DNA of 51,399 nucleotides from Candidatus Moraniibacteriota bacterium (GTDB lineage Bacteria; Patescibacteriota; Minisyncoccia; Moranbacterales; UBA1568): NCBI GenBank assembly GCA_037201605.1, contig JBBCGM010000006.1, positions 1 to 51,399 of the forward strand, read 5' to 3'. Shown piece by piece: positions 1 to 11,972 of this stretch (position 1 is its first letter; each line of letters starts with the position of its first letter). The notes under the pieces were generated by a model. It saw only the letters and a program-made list of their open reading frames with translations, ran no database searches and was not told where the DNA came from. The position numbers and the translations under genes were made by a program.

Positions 1-939
1 ATGAATCCCAATGTTTCTGAGGCTTCCCGGCAGGCGTGGACCAAGTTTCTGCACGAAGTAGCCGCAATTCGTGAAAGGCTGGAGTGCGCCCCAGGAAGCG
101 ACAACGACGAGCCTTGGTTTCGTGGGCACTCTCGCGGAGACTATGATCTTCTACCCTCGCTTTTCCGAAGCTTTGAAGACCGCGACAACGATGCTGTGTG
201 GGAAAAGATTTGGAGAAAGGAATCTGATCTGTTTTGGGAGGTTTTGGGCTCGGGGCCGGGAACTTCATGGCGTGTTGGAGGATGATTGGGACGTTCTGTT
301 TTGCCATGCAACATTACGGAACACCCACGCGCCTGTTGGACTGGACCGAAGTCCTGGGGGTTGCCGTCTATTTCGCCACGTTGGGCCGTGGATGAACGCA
401 ATCCTGGTAGAAATCCGTGTCCCTGCGTGTGGGCCCTCAATCCTTATAAGCTCAATGCCTACTCGATTATGACTGAGAGTGAACAGGATGGAGTGGGCTC
501 GGTCGATTTGATTTCCCCGAAAAATCTAGGTTGGGAAGAAGGCAAAGATGACGAGGAAGGTTCTTATTACACCTATAGCGAATTGTTGGCAGAGTCCTGT
601 ATCGATTGGGATTGGCCGCGTGCGATTTATCCCCGCCAGCGGAATCCGCGCTTACATGCACAGAGAGCATGGTTCACAATCCATGGGGACGAATACTGCG
701 ACATGCGGACGATTCAAGGACGGGAGAATTATCTTCAATCGGTGGACCTACCTTTCGTGGCTATCCCCGCAGCCCGGGAGTTTCTGGAAACTGCCGGCAT
801 CGATCATTACCTTCTCTTTGCTGACCTCGAGGCACTAAGCCTTCGTCCTGATCGAGAAAAAACGGACTCCTGCCCCAAGACAAGGTGTGGGCCAAAGAAA
901 AAGCGCGTGTGGATCGGCGCAAAGGAGTCACCCCGATAG
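1..939 (+). CDS. FRG domain protein (frameshifted)
   Basis: WFRGH motif in ORF 1..285. AMQHYGTPTRLLDW is readable across frame changes near 240-390. C-terminal PRQRNPRLHAQRAWFTIHG and GIDHYLLFADLE in ORF 286..939. Confidence 0.85.
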
Positions 940-1086
940 CGAGCCAAAAGGTACCGAAGCGTTGAACTCCCTAAGATAAGACTCCCATGGGATTGTCCAA
1001 CTCGGAGTACGATCATACCTGATTTCTATTGTTTCACGCTACCTAGTTTGTCTATCATAGTCTCACTTGATAAGAGCGGAAACTAG

Positions 1087-3119
1087 CTAATAGTCCGTGT
1101 TGTCTTGATGCATGCCGAGCTCTTTGGCTATCGAACGATTTACATCACGCAGCGTATCTTCCAACGAGAGATCAATGCTTCCAGTGTACCGGACTAGCCA
1201 TGTGTGAACGGCCAGTTTTAACTTCGCACACCTATCCCAATCGCGAAGCCATCCGATGTAAGGCAATTCTGGCGAAAGGAGTTCCCACGAGTCGCTGGAA
1301 TGATTTTTCGTTGCTAGAGCATTGTTGACCACATCGAAACTGTGGATAATGAGCGGAACGCCGTGCAAATCTTTTGCCCGAAGGCCGAGCGTCATTAATA
1401 AGAAGGCACTGGATACTATCAGTGGCGCTGGCAAATCTTTCAGCTTTTGCGCCCAATTCGTTTACATCCGCTCTAGCCGGGGGAGATTACTTCCCGAATT
1501 GCCCTCATTCGGGCAAAACCAAGCGGGCTAGAGCAAGTTGCGGGTACGGCAGACGCTCCATTCGGCTCAAATACGTGGCGGCCGGGTTTCCAATCGCGTC
1601 TCTCCACGGCTGTGAGGGCAACTGCGTCTGTGAAACTCCGTCTTCCAGCCATCGAAACGTGCCTGGAAGGGCAAACTGGCCTGCGTTGCCGACAGCTTCA
1701 CGGACTGAGACGTAAGTAGCCGCGATAAGCATAGCACCCATTATTTTTCCCCATTCCTCCTCGGCCAGAGTTTGACCAACTAACGCATCAAAGATTTCCT
1801 GCTGGGTTCTTCCCCATAATTTCCAAGTGCCAGGATAGAACGCCAAATCTTTTCTTCTCACGATAAGAAGAACTGCCACTGCCGCGTTGCGTTCAGAAAC
1901 GCTTTGCAGCTCATCTGGGCCGATGATGTTTGCGATAGCAGATGCAAAGGCTGTGGCGGTCGTATTTTCGCTCGCCGCGAATCGCCCCAAGCTGCCAGAC
2001 GACCCAATCCTTCTTTCGATCCCACAGCTCTCTCGCTAGACCGGTAACATCAAATTTTACCTCCGCGTATGCCTTCGCTTCCGGACGCTCGAAAAGAAAG
2101 GTAACGTGGCAAGTGCACGTTCGATTGAATGGTCTTGCGATGAATCTGGAGGAGAGGAGGTAAGATACTCCTTTAGTCGAAGAGCATCACGGGGATCCGG
2201 AAATGATGACCTACTCGCGCCAACTGGCGAACGGGATCGTCCGAATGAATGTTGTTATTAGCTGATACGAACCCAAATGTTTCTGTCAGCGGGATATAAC
2301 TCCACCGTGGACGCTTCAGATCGCTTCCAAATCGGAAGAAAAGGTACGAAGTCCAGAGTCGGGATTTCGTAGGTCTTCAAGTGCTACCCGAAGCCACGCA
2401 TCATCTTCTAATGCCACAACTGGCGTATCTGCCAAATCGACGACGAGAGAAGAGTAAGTTGTCTTTCGCCCCCAAACTCTGCGGCTCGTTTGCGGTGCAA
2501 TTTGTAAATCGAAAGCGCTTCCGGATTGGCCCCGATCTCCGAGGGAACCGGTCGAAAAGGTGAAGTCGCGCCGCAACTTTGGCCATTGTTGCGACCAGAC
2601 TGCAAAGACGGGCTCTTCCCATGAAAGGCCTTCCGGGGCCATGATCGCAACGCTTGCTGAAGGGGCACCGTAAAGAAGTCGGAGTAAGTGGTCCGCGCGG
2701 AACAATGATTCCTCATTGAGGGATGCTGCTCTTTCTGGAATCTCGACATCGAGGGGGAGACTGAAATCGGTTACTTCGATTGGCAACTCCGGTCGGCGAA
2801 AATACTGCTTCAAGAAGGACAAGTCAGGAATTCGAGCCAAGTCTGCCAAGTCGATGAGAAGGACGTGACTCCATACACAGCCGGGGCGGGGCATCTCTGG
2901 CGCGGGCCAAGTGCAGAACAGAGCGTAAAAGTGAGTATCTGGAACCGGGATGCCCGTGTAGGCAGTTTGAAATCCCCTTGGACTTTCCGACCCTGAGCTA
3001 TCAGTTACCGTCGCAAGGAATTGACGGACTTGAGCAGGAAAAGTGACTGATGATGCAATGAGGTGATGACCCTCTCGGTAGCCAAACAGGGCCACATTGA
3101 TTTTGCAGCGACCACTCAT
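1087..3119 (-). CDS. GTPase-associated protein 1 (GAP1-N1-type N-terminus), frameshifted
   Basis: N-terminus FGYREGHHLIASS...TDSSG...TWPAPEMPRPGCVWSHVLLID matches my recollection of GAP1-N1. Continues through ORFs 2316..3152, 1505..1990 and 1087..1434. The ATG at 3119 overlaps the upstream TGA. Confidence 0.75.
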
Positions 3120-4059
3120 GGGGTTGGCGGATCCTGCAGGCCGAGAATCCATCGGATAGGGCGGGTTAAATCCTTCGAGCGATTGGCCTCGTCTACCATT
3201 AAGATGCGGTCGGTGGGCTCCGTCATAGCAATCAGCCGGTTGATCTCAGCCTCCGAGACCCCTCCCCCTCGCGCGCTGACGCCGTAAACCCGGTAATTGA
3301 ACCTACTATCGTTATTGGCAAGGTACTGATTAAGGAAAAGGCCAGAATTTGGCCAGGTACTTTGCCGGATCATTTGGAATCTGAGACCGGATTGTTGTCG
3401 GAATATTATCAACGAGATCCCAGGCGGAAACTACGACTGCTACCGGAAGTGAAGCTTTAAGCGGGTTTAGCTTTGCAACGAACTGGAGCAAATCAACCAG
3501 CCGAGTTTGCATCGGGGCTCGATCAATCGTCCAGTCCTCTACATCTTTGTTTGGCTGATCCGTAGCTTGACCTTCGCTCGCCGATTCCGTCGGTTTGTTG
3601 CCCTTAAACAACTCGGTCTCGTCTCCCACCAAACTGGGGTGCTCCAAGATGTCGTGATCGGCCTTGTGATTACTGTGCAGAAAGACGATTAGGCCAGCCG
3701 CGCGTTGAAGCCCGTCTCCAAGCTCTTTCGGAAGTGATCGCGACTCGAAATGAGCGCCGAAGGATTCGCCAGCAAGGTCGGGAACCGAGAATTCAGCGGT
3801 GACGCCGGGTCGGGGGGTGGCGAACCAGAAGCAGGTGGGGTGGGGGTGGAGTTAGGCTGGAAGTCCGCTCTAACTCCTCGCCTCGCAACCACGCTGATTT
3901 CAATGGCTGAAGATAAGTGCGGTCTGAAGCCAAATCGGCGTGTTCAAGACCATTGGGATCCTTCTGGTTATCGAGGATGACATCGAGCGCGACCAGAAAG
4001 TGTGTCTTGCCACTTCCGGTCAGTCCGAGCAGGAAAATTGTTGCGGGCGATTCAGCCAT
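3116..4059 (-). CDS. TRAFAC-class GTPase, second of a double-GTPase pair (frameshifted)
   Basis: Walker A GLTGSGKT, G3-like DLAGE, G4-like VVSAWD and C-terminal YGVSARGG. Pieces lie in ORFs 3793..4215, 3330..3647 and 3116..3412. Confidence 0.8.
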
Positions 4060-5043
4060 ATAATCCGTAGCTCGAAAAATCACGTTTAGGGGTCGGATTC
4101 CGGTGAGCGGTTTTGACCGGAATGTATGTGGGGCTTTCCAGCCATCGCCCGAACAAAACCTGCACCTCCGCGACAGTGGGGTCCATCTTCTTGGGCCGGG
4201 CCGCGATATTCCCAACTGTTAAAGAAGCAAAAGAATCTCCGAATCTTCGTTTTAGATCAGTCTCAAAATCGGCGCAAATTTTCGCAAACTCATTTCGTCT
4301 CCCGTGATTGAGGGACGTAATCCCAACGGGAGAAAATAACCTGGACGTGCAGTGCTTTTGGTCGATGCATCACGGACTGAACTCGCGCAAGAAAAGTTTT
4401 GGCGTTGTCGCACTCTGCATGCCGCTTGGCGTTATCGATGATAGACTTGCCGTCGATAAAAAGCACCAAGTGATCTGCTCGAACGAGCGCCTGCTGGCTC
4501 GCGCAGAGCGGTTGCGAAGCAAGCGCTTCCGGATAGGTTTCGCCAGACAGGTCGCTCACGAGAAGCTCAAGGGGGCCACTTGTTCGTTCGCTTGGTCTGA
4601 CAAGGAGATGAAAGAAAGTGTCGTTTTCTACTCGAAATGTTCGTTTCGGTATCGGGAGACTCAGCGCCGCTTTCGATGGTAGCTCGCCAACTGGCCCGCT
4701 CGAAGCCGCAGAGAGTATCGGATCCCGCAAACTGGTATTCCGTGAATTTGCCCTTGCGAAACATCTCGCCGATCAGGGCGATGAAAGTGGTTTTTGCCGC
4801 TTTTATGAGCGCCGGCGCACAGCACGACGCGGACGGGTCTGCCATTAAGAAGGCGCGAAGCCTCCGCTAGGTTAAGTTTCTCGCCGCTGGGAAATCGGTG
4901 CCTTTCCTGAATGGCGGTTCGCGGCGGCTCAATCGCTTCTGCCGCAGTCTGAGTTTCATCCGGGAGCAGGTGGGGACAGTCCTTTTTGTGGCCTTCGAGA
5001 CACACTCCCGTTCGATCAAAAGGGCATTGAGGGTTGAGGGCAT
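4052..5043 (-). CDS. TRAFAC-class GTPase, first of a double-GTPase pair, with Cys-rich N-terminus (frameshifted)
   Basis: Cys/His-rich start CLEGHKKDCPHL, Walker A GAHKSGKT across a frameshift, FAGSDTLCGFE, DLSGE, LFIDG and G4-like FSRWD. Confidence 0.8.
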
Positions 5044-6075
5044 TTAGGCATGGACAATCAGTTCGCGAAGCGCCCTAAGGAAGATTAACTCGTGAAAATA
5101 CTGACGAGCTGCGATTTCGGCGGGCACTTCTAATTTGGGCGACAGCTTCAGGCTCTTTAGAAATCCTTTATCGACGTTCCCACCGGAGGCAAGCTCTGCC
5201 AAAACGCTATTAATCGGGGTGAGTTGAGATACGGCGGGGGATTGCGCGTCCGCTTTTCCAAGAGCGCTAGCACTCTCCGCAGCATAATGAGCCAAGGAGC
5301 GATCTGCATTCTTGCCCGCGCCGCATTGCGGACACTGCGTCATCTATGAGCGCTTCGACGCTTGCCGCTGGGGGCATGAGTATTACCCGATCTTCAGCTT
5401 CGACTGCTGCCACCAAGGCGTAAGCGTCTGGTTTGAGTTTCTCCCGACGGCACTTGCAAACGGGACTTTGCTTGCCGACGAGCCACCACAGGAACTGGTT
5501 TTTCTTCGATTAGTCTCTCGACGGATTCGCCGATATTTACCACGTTCTGAGCGATGATAGTGCTAGCACCGTCGGTCGTTTCGACAGTTTTAGCTGTAAG
5601 CAGTTCGTCCCAATTCGGTCAATTTGTCGTCCGCTTCATTCGATCTGATTTCCGGGCGCACTCGTTCGCTTTCCTGGCCGAGATATTCAGCAGCGCGCAT
5701 CATAATCTCCGTGCACACCGGTTCGACTCTCTCCGGAGGAAATGCGGCAGCTCGCAAGCCTAAGGCGACAGCGTCTGCCTTACCGGATGACGATTCCATC
5801 ATGGCGTAAGCCGCCGCCGTGGCCATCACGCGAACTAACTCAGCATTGCCCGTCGGCTCAAAAGTTGGCTCCAGCTTGACAATCTCCTCACTGAGTTTAC
5901 CAACAAAGGCTGTATCGGTTCCAGGAAAGAGGACCACATTAAGCAGGGAGGCTAGGTCGGTGGCTGGGAGATTCGCGGCCAATTTCTCGGCTGCTTCCCA
6001 GCGTGGCGTCAGTATGCCGGGATCGGGTGTAAACTCCGCGCGTTTGTGCCAATGAAAGAAATGGGGATGCATCAT
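5044..6075 (-). CDS. GTPase-associated system helical (GASH-like) protein (frameshifted)
   Basis: All-helical-looking ORFs 5590..6075 and 5044..5343, an internal EESQFLWWL segment, and C-terminal AARQYFHELIFLR. Lies directly upstream of the two GTPases, with a TAA-ATG junction at 5046/5043. Confidence 0.65.
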
Positions 6076-7411
6076 TCAAGTACCTGGGGTGAAAGGGTTG
6101 GGTTCTCCGGCTAAAGAATTGTCCATACTGGCTACCGCTGTCCAAAGTGCAGAAAGCTTTTGACTCTGTTCCGCTCTTTCAAAAACTTTTGCCCAACGAG
6201 CCTGCCCTTCCATGGCGTCGTCGGATTCATCGTACAGAGCAACCGACATGGCCACCTGGTACTTGGAAAGGGTTGCCAGACGGAAGAAATGTACGATGAG
6301 CTTCCTCCGTCCAGCGGCGAAGGCCAGATTATCGGAAGTGGGTGGTTCTTCAGGCACGATAGCAGGGCTCCGTAGTGACAGGGGGCACATCACTATTATT
6401 AGGGATGCTTTGACTTTGAGCAATCGCGCCGGAGACAAAACTTGTCGGTGTATGTATCGACCTTGGGGACCGCTCCACGGGCAAGCGACAAAAAGCAAAT
6501 CGGTTTTGTGCCAATTTCGCGTTTCTACGTCGATCACCAAGGTGCGCTGTTGCCAGTCGATTCGATGGAAAGACGGATGACGTTATAGCTTGGCTGCCAA
6601 TTTGGTTCTCGGCGCGCGGGATGAACAGCACCAGCGCACACGCGGAGACCAGGACCTTGATTAAAACATCTCGACTGGTGCTCGTGCCCGGTGAGCACCA
6701 GATTGGCATACCTTCGGTAGCGAGTCATCAACTTCGTTTCCGTCTAATAACCACGAAGACGGATGATGGCACATTACGACTTCGATGCAGTCTTCTGGAA
6801 TGCGAAGGCGATGAAACTGAAATTCGGTGACCAGTAAGTTTGCCTTCTCGTCGAACTCGTTCGAGAGAAGCGCAGAGTTGAGTCCGTGCAATCGGACGGG
6901 CGTGTTGTCCTCGAGAAGTTTGGGCAACCGCAAACTCCAGGCCAGTTCGGTAGCGGATGTGGGGCAATCCTGGGGTAGCAGCAAAGTTACGGTATTCGCT
7001 GATTGCGCCCGAGGAAGTCGTAACTAGAATCTTTGAGTTTCTTGGCCACGCTTGCGTCGCGGTCGTTATAATCGTTGATCGCGCGAATCGCCCTGTGGGC
7101 GTCCATCAGCATGGTGTCGTCACCGACATTCTTGCGATTTACGTCGTGGTTTCCAGGAATGACGTAAACCGATTCTGCAGGGAGCTGGATTTTGGCACGA
7201 ACTTCGTCGAACCATTTTTCAGCGCGCTCAAATTCTTTCGTTTCGCCATGATAAGCGAGATCACCTGTCACCAGCATAGCGTCGAAATTAAACCGCCGTC
7301 TATTCCCAAATCCCTGATAATTGCCGCTCGAATCTCATCATCGTTGTCGAACTGACTCCCAGCATCTTTCGTTGCAAAGTGAAGGTCCGACAGATGAAGA
7401 AGTGTGAGCAT
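6076..7411 (-). CDS. Calcineurin-like metallophosphoesterase with C-terminal helical adaptor domain (GAAD-like), frameshifted
   Basis: MLTLLHLSDLH from the ATG at 7411, then VTGDLA, IPGNHD, MCHHP and LTGHEH, giving all five metallophosphoesterase motifs. C-terminal RRKLIVHFFRL...RWAKVFERAEQSQKLSALWTAV. Confidence 0.85.
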
Positions 7412-7560
7412 TGGAAAGCAGGAGCGCGCGGTTGCCCGACCCTAAGGTGACATTCGCATTTAAGCCTATGGCTCGAAGAATTCAATCACTACAATTCATT
7501 TGATTAACAATTTGAGAGATTTCCTTTTGTACATGACCCTTTACAAAGTAGGCCAAAGCC

Positions 7561-7905
7561 TCACCAGCGTAAACGCGAGGAAATATGCGCTAACGAAGAC
7601 GTACGGCTTGCTCTAGGAGCTTGCTGGAAGATTTGAATGATCCGGCTGTTGGTCTCGACAATTTCGGCATCGATGGACTTGTTTCGCTCGCATCCCACCT
7701 CGACGGCCAAAATTGAACAAAAGAATCTTCTCCTGGCAAGCCGTTGGTCAGTAGTCGTTGGCGCTTCCACGCGCATAATAATTTTGTGGCTGAGACCGGC
7801 GCGAGTAGCCACCTCTTTAAGGGAAAGCTTCTGGTGCAGCCTTTCCTCGCGAATCAGTTCCATGAGCCGGCTAATGGCGATCTCAGACGAAGAAACCTTG
7901 TGCAC
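7561..7905 (-). CDS. XRE-family helix-turn-helix protein (C-terminal half uncertain)
   Basis: LIREERLHQKLSLKEVATRAGLSHKIIMRVE is a typical XRE HTH. It sits upstream of the GTPase operon on the same strand. Confidence 0.6.
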   Translation of the reverse strand: MHKVSSSEIAISRLMELIREERLHQKLSLKEVATRAGLSHKIIMRVEAPTTTDQRLARRRFFCSILAVEVGCERNKSIDAEIVETNSRIIQIFQQAPRASRTSSLAHISSRLRW

Positions 7906-8071
7906 GGGCTCAACCCACGGGAAAGAATTCTTGACGAAAAGTAACTATAGGCACCTTTCGTGGCGAGTGTCCGAATCAAGCTCCAACTTGACAGGCGTCG
8001 CCTCTCGTTGACCCGATAACTACCGGCTCTTAGTTTGGATGTGGTGTGAAAAAATAAACCGAATTCACGGT

Positions 8072-9033
8072 CTAATAAAGCAGTTGGTTTGCCCCCAACC
8101 GCTGCATAATCCGGTTCATAAACGTGCCTACTCCGATGGAACTCGCCGCATTGTTAGGGGGAGTGTCGCCAAGGCAATGCATGCCTACTGCCATTCCATT
8201 ATTAGTCATCCATACCATTCCGGAGTCTCCCTCCCTAGTAAGGCCCGCACTCGGATTCTGGGGAATGACAAGAAAGTCGGCATTCATTTGTGAGCCCTTT
8301 ACATCTCGGATAAATACTGCCGAAATCACTCCGTCGCAGGCTAGGCTCCGCGCCCCCAGGCCTCTGACGAAGGTGCCGGGAATCTGTTGGAAGTCTTGTA
8401 CGGTTCGAGGGTTGGCGACGCCTACCGGCCGCAAGGGAGTAGCATTCCTGCTACCTGTGGAGGTATTGCAATGGACACATAGTCGATGTAGCCAAAATCG
8501 CTCATTGACCCGGTTCCAGTCTCAATCCGCCCGGTCGGATCGCTTATTCCGAAGGGTTTCCAAGTGTAAATTCCAGTCGGATCGAGGCTGTTCACCCGAA
8601 GCGAATTAGGCGGCGGCGTAGTTGGCCCCGCCATAGGCCCCCACAAGACGTGGGCACACGTGAGGGCATGAAGATTTGGGCCTAAAGGCAGAAAAACCGC
8701 TCCGGGTTCCAAAATATGCGTTATTAATGGATACACAATTGCCAAAGGGAAGAGGTGCCAATTCCAATTGGGGTCGAAGTCCATCCAATTCGATGACATC
8801 GGTCGGATAATCCCGACCGTGCAAACGCAACTTTTTTGGCACCCGATCGCGCCTTCCTAGTTTGTTAAGAGGGCGTTTCTCACTCACGGTGACCGTCAAA
8901 CATCTCGTCTTGGTAGGCTTGCCGTTTACTACCTTGATTCCGAATCCCAATCCCAAACGTTTTCCATGTCCTTAAGCGCCGTTGCCGCCGCCCGGTGAAA
9001 CTGCCGGAAGTTAGGTCGGCGTTGTGCGCTCAT
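8072..9033 (-). CDS. Trypsin-like serine protease with N-terminal pro-domain (frameshifted)
   Basis: Triad motifs LTCAHV, SDFGYI and EGDSG, followed by AVGMH. N-terminal GFGIKVVNGK...VTVSEK...PTDVIE. The ATG at 9033 abuts the upstream TAA. Confidence 0.75.
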
Positions 9034-9867
9034 TTACTTCGACTTCTTACTGACCTGAATCTGATCGAGATGAACACCAGTAGAATCTTGTTCGATCGCG
9101 TAGAGCTCGAAGCCGACGCCTCCACCCGCTGACGCATCAGATTTATCCGACAAATCGTCGATAACCTTTTGTACCTGCGCTCCAAAGTTTCGACTGCCGA
9201 GTTGTATTTAACGGTGTTTTGATCGGCAGTAGAACCACCAGGAATATCAAATTTGAGGAGTGCCACATCCTTAACAACGGCCTTTAAAGCGACAACTGCC
9301 GTTGAATCGTCAGTTATCGTAGGATTCATAAGGATGTTGTAAGCGCCATTTGCCTTATCGACGACCTTTTTGACGCCAGTGGGATTCTTCTGCTCGGATG
9401 GGAGGCCATTGCTATTGATCGCACTTTGGAAATCCGCAATAGCGCCTTGCAAGATAGGAGCTTCTTGAGCCCCAGTAACCGTGCCGCCTTGTGCAACCAG
9501 GCCCGCTTTGCCCGCTGTGGCCGTCGCCTGTTGTAGGAGACCTGCGAGGGCTGTGATCGTTTCGGGACCCTTTGAGTCCGTCTGCTGCCCATACGAAGTA
9601 AGGATGCCGTTCGAGACGGCTAGTGACATTTGCTGGGTTCCCCACCCTTGGTGATAAACCATATACTTAACCGAGGACGGATCCTTTAAGTAGATAACCG
9701 ACGCAGTGGTTGCTTTGTCGTTATGGGTGACAAGGAGATAAGGGAGTGCGTCGTCGTAGAACTTGAGGCCAGCCCTTATTCTTAAGCTCAGAATCGGAGT
9801 AAAAGGAAACGTGGGCGCAACCCGAAATCAGAATTGCGGCGAATATGATTGAACAAAGTCTCCACAT
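9034..9867 (-). CDS. Hypothetical lipoprotein (frameshifted)
   Basis: MWRLCSIIFAAILISGCAHV signal peptide with lipobox ISGC, read from 9867. Continues into ORF 9030..9662. Confidence 0.6.
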
Positions 9868-10517
9868 GGCCGAATTCAGGCATTCTCCTGTTCTGAAGTC
9901 AATTTAATATTTGTTATACTCGACAAAAACTCTTCCCCGGATGAATGAGCAGCCGATACTCTTCGACGAGAGCATTGCGATGAGTTGCAGTCTCGATCGG
10001 AATAAGTTGACGATTCATCGGCCTGGGGGCGGCTTATGAGGCGAATCGAACATGGTTTTAATTGCCGGTTCTACGAGTTGAAAGGTGTTTCCATTGTTCG
10101 CGGTTGAGTTAGACATGCAAGGCATTCAAAAGATCCGCCTCGCTCAGATAACAAATGCACACTGTGCTTAACCCGAGCTATGGCGACTTAAAGATTGGAA
10201 AAGTCGCCTGCCTTGGTGGATATCTCACCTTCCAGGACTGCTTCATCGGTTGGTAGGAAAGAGGAGAACCTAGTCGTGAGTCCGCTCTTTGCTAAGACCG
10301 ATATTAAGTGCCAACGCAATAGTCTCCAGAATGCTCGATTTCAAGCCTCGTTTTCACCCAATATGTTGTTGAGATCGGTGTTCAGCTCTAAGCTGAGCGA
10401 TCGAAATGCCTTAAAATTGCGGATGATGCCGGTTTTAATCATGATTGCGCCTCATTCAGATGAAGCCTATTAATAACAGTATCAGCCCCCAATATCTCGG
10501 CTTTTGTCGGATCAAGT

Positions 10518-11397
10518 TCAGTTGATCCACCTCTTTAGCTTGTCCTCAGTCGCGTTTCGCCGAGCCGCGAAACGCGCTCGAGAGAGGGCCGCAAGCTCGT
10601 CTCTCCAATTCTCGCTGGTCTGTGTTAGCGGAGTCATCTTCGCGCGGAACGGATCGAGGTTGGTGCCCTCCACCAGCAACTTCACCACCACTTCATATCG
10701 GTCAAGATCGACGAGAGCTCCCGCCGAATACGTTTTTTCAAACTCCTTTGCCACTATCTCTGCGTCTGCGCGACCGATACGAAAGCAAATGAGCGTTCCC
10801 ACGTTGCCAAAGACGGCCTGACGCACCGGCAGAGAGAGTTGATCTATGTACTGGTGCGAGAGAACGAGGCACAGTCGGTACTTGCGGGCTTCGGCCAGTA
10901 TAGAGGTAAAAGCGTCAGTCGAGAAATTCTGGAACTCGTCGATCACCAGATGAAAGTCTCGACGCTTCTCCTCTGGGCGGTTTGCTCGCGCCATGGCGGC
11001 CAACTGGAATTGGGTGACCAGAAGCGAGCCGAGGAGATTTGCTTTCTCGTGGCCTAGGTGACCCTTGGAAAGGTTCGCGATGAAAATACGCCCGTGATCC
11101 ATGATGAAGGGAATACTCACTTTCGCTCTGACTTGGCCAAGGATGTTGCGGATGACAGGGTTGAGGAGGAATTGGCCCAGCTTGTTCTGGATCGGCGCGA
11201 TGGCCTCGCGCAGGTAGCGAGGATCATAGCTGGCATACTCCTCTTCCCAAAAGGCACGAAGGAATGGATCTTTGATCTGGCGGGATAACCTTTGTCCGGT
11301 AGCTCTCGTCCGTGAATAGGCGATTGACGCCAAGAAGCGTTTGGTTCCGGCATTCCAAGAGCGCAGCGACGGCATTGTACAGGAGGTATTCGGTACG
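10518..11397 (-). CDS. C-terminal two-thirds of a VirD4/TraD-like coupling ATPase, split from its N-terminus at 43673-44071
   Basis: TEYLLYNAVAALL, then EAIAPIQNKLGQF, Walker B LVIDEFQNF, ILAEARKYRLCLVLSHQY and FGNVGTLICFRIG. Has no start codon or Walker A of its own. Confidence 0.9.
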
Positions 11398-11412
11398 CTT
11401 CCCCGGCGAGCC
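11386..11412 (+). repeat. Left inversion junction (27-bp imperfect inverted repeat with 44054-44080)
   Basis: GTATTCGGT-ACG-CTTCCCCGGCGAGCC matches the reverse complement of 44054-44080 at 18/27 positions. The ACG core (11395-11397) is exactly where two gene halves meet. Confidence 0.75.
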
Positions 11413-11823
11413 GGATGAAGACAAGTCCAAATACAAGCTGCCGCCCGGATTCAGGAAAGGTCTCGAGATATTCAACCTGCACCGGGCGATCGATGAACCT
11501 GCAGAAGTGCCCCTCGTCATCGTCGAAGGATTCTTCGACTGCATGCGTCTCCATCAGCTCGGCTGCCGCAAGGTGGTGGCGCTCATGGGAAGCGCCCTGA
11601 CGGCGGCCCAGGAGGAATTGCTCCGGCAGCATGTGACGGGAACAAGCCAGGTCATCGTGATCCTCGACGAGAATGAGGCAGGCCGGACGGGCGCGACGAC
11701 ATCGCTGTTCGCTTGTCGAAGTGGTGCTTTGTCAAAGTACACGTCTTCGACGAGCCAGATTCGGAGCCCGAGCAGATGACCGAGGAAGAAGTGCAGGGCC
11801 TTCTCGGCGAGTTGGTCCACTGA
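11395..11823 (+). CDS. C-terminal Toprim half of a DnaG-like primase, split from its N-terminus at 44069-44678
   Basis: RFPGEPDEDKSKYKLPPGFRKGLEIFNL, VIVEGFFD, VALMGS and VILDENEAG. One frameshift near 11690; stop at 11821-11823. Confidence 0.9.
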
Positions 11824-11972
11824 TTCACAATAGCGCAACGGAGCGTCCAAAATAGGACGCTCTTTTTATATATTTTGCCGCATCTGGCAAGAGTGCACGT
11901 CTTTGGCGGAATGGGATCGGACCTCACACTGTGCGCAGTCAGTTCATTAAACCCATACCGAAAGGACAGCAC

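Noticed and set aside
9900-10517. ORF 10195..10473 and a possible element boundary or att site
   Set aside because: No motif support for the ORF, and I found no matching direct repeat near 45750-46100 by eye.
11224-11544. 106-aa minus-strand ORF, and the N-terminus of plus-strand ORF 11312..11779, as real proteins
   Set aside because: Both are chimeras reading across the left junction, part real gene and part antisense of the other split gene.
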